In this document: piece after piece, positions 37,346-37,784 of the stretch | Layout: every line of letters begins with the position of its first letter | Position numbering within the stretch: the stretch's first letter is position 1 | IMG/VR virus record: IMGVR_UViG_2529292883_000004 | Span: 1 to 37,784 of that record | Length of the DNA: 37,784 nucleotides | Source of the DNA: a virus | Taxonomy: Duplodnaviria; Heunggongvirae; Uroviricota; Caudoviricetes | Strand: one strand, 5' to 3' | Made by a program: the position numbers and the translations under genes | Notes under the pieces: generated by a model | Database searches by the model: none | What the model saw: only the letters and a program-made list of their open reading frames with translations | What the model was told of the DNA's origin: nothing

Positions 37346-37784
37346 CATAAGCGCTAACTTAAGGGTTGTGGTATTACGCCTGATATGATTTAACGTGCCG
37401 ATGAATTACTCTCACGATAACTGGTCAGCAATTCTGGCCCATATTGGTAAGCCCGAAGAACTGGATACTTCGGCACGTAATGCCGGGGCTCTAACCCGCC
37501 GCCGCGAAATTCGTGATGCTGCAACTCTGCTACGTCTGGGGCTGGCTTACGGCCCCGGGGGGATGTCATTACGTGAAGTCACTGCATGGGCTCAGCTCCA
37601 TGACGTTGCAACATTATCTGACGTGGCTCTCCTGAAGCGGCTGCGGAATGCCGCCGACTGGTTTGGCATACTTGCCGCACAAACACTTGCTGTACGCGCC
37701 GCAGTTACGGGTTGTACAAGCGGAAAGAGATTGCGTCTTGTCGATGGAACAGCAATCAGTGCGCCCGGGGGCGGCGAGCGCTGA
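37346..37784 (+). mobile_element. IS186 (IS4 family) left end, partial - runs off the window
   Basis: Sequence cataagcgctaacttaagggttg at 37346..37368 is recalled as the IS186 terminal inverted repeat. The downstream ORF matches the IS186 transposase N-terminus as recalled. Confidence 0.7.
37401..37784 (+). CDS. IS186 transposase (InsL-like), N-terminal part
   Basis: ATG at 37401 gives MNYSHDNWSAILAHIGKPEELDTSARNAGALTRRREIRDAATLLRLGLAYGPGG...LRLVDGTAISAPGG. An in-frame TGA coincides with the last 3 nt of the window, so the copy is either truncated/frameshifted or the residue-level recollection is imperfect. Confidence 0.7.
   Translation: MNYSHDNWSAILAHIGKPEELDTSARNAGALTRRREIRDAATLLRLGLAYGPGGMSLREVTAWAQLHDVATLSDVALLKRLRNAADWFGILAAQTLAVRAAVTGCTSGKRLRLVDGTAISAPGGGER

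Overview
This window is a mosaic enterobacterial (E. coli-like) prophage, with about 35 kb encoded on the minus strand in late-operon order. Reading from high to low coordinates: IS186 left end; an AT-rich two-gene module (unknown 197-aa protein plus a fused HTH-XRE/ImmA-type metallopeptidase) with its own promoter and bracketed by identical terminator hairpins; nin-like genes (92-aa ORF, DUF968-like, RusA, Q antiterminator); a pR'/tR'-like promoter-terminator pair; ORF6N-domain gene, small wHTH gene, orphan N6-adenine MTase, tRNA-Thr(UGU) and tRNA-Gly(UCC); stacked terminators; lysis cassette (two holin-like proteins, M15 endolysin, Rz with embedded Rz1); a moron slot (frameshifted KilA-N gene, unknown basic 221-aa protein); lambda-type terminase (Nu1/A-like) and head (W, portal, S49 protease, acidic scaffold, D, E, FII-like); Mu-type contractile tail (sheath, tube, chaperone with a canonical -1 slippery site, tape measure with SLT domain, N, P, V, gp46, J); a 1447-aa protein fusing a gp48/DUF2313-like baseplate domain to an Ig-like domain and about 30 Cys-containing LRR-like repeats; then a P2 H-like fiber and P2 G-like assembly protein. 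The left flank holds AT-rich cargo on the plus strand: an ORF6N paralog, a remnant copy, and a frameshifted alpha/beta hydrolase. No integrase, att site, CRISPR array or toxin cargo was seen. The two most unusual loci are the gp48-LRR giant protein and the HTH/ImmA two-gene module. All assignments are from reading the translations and DNA by eye; no searches were run.
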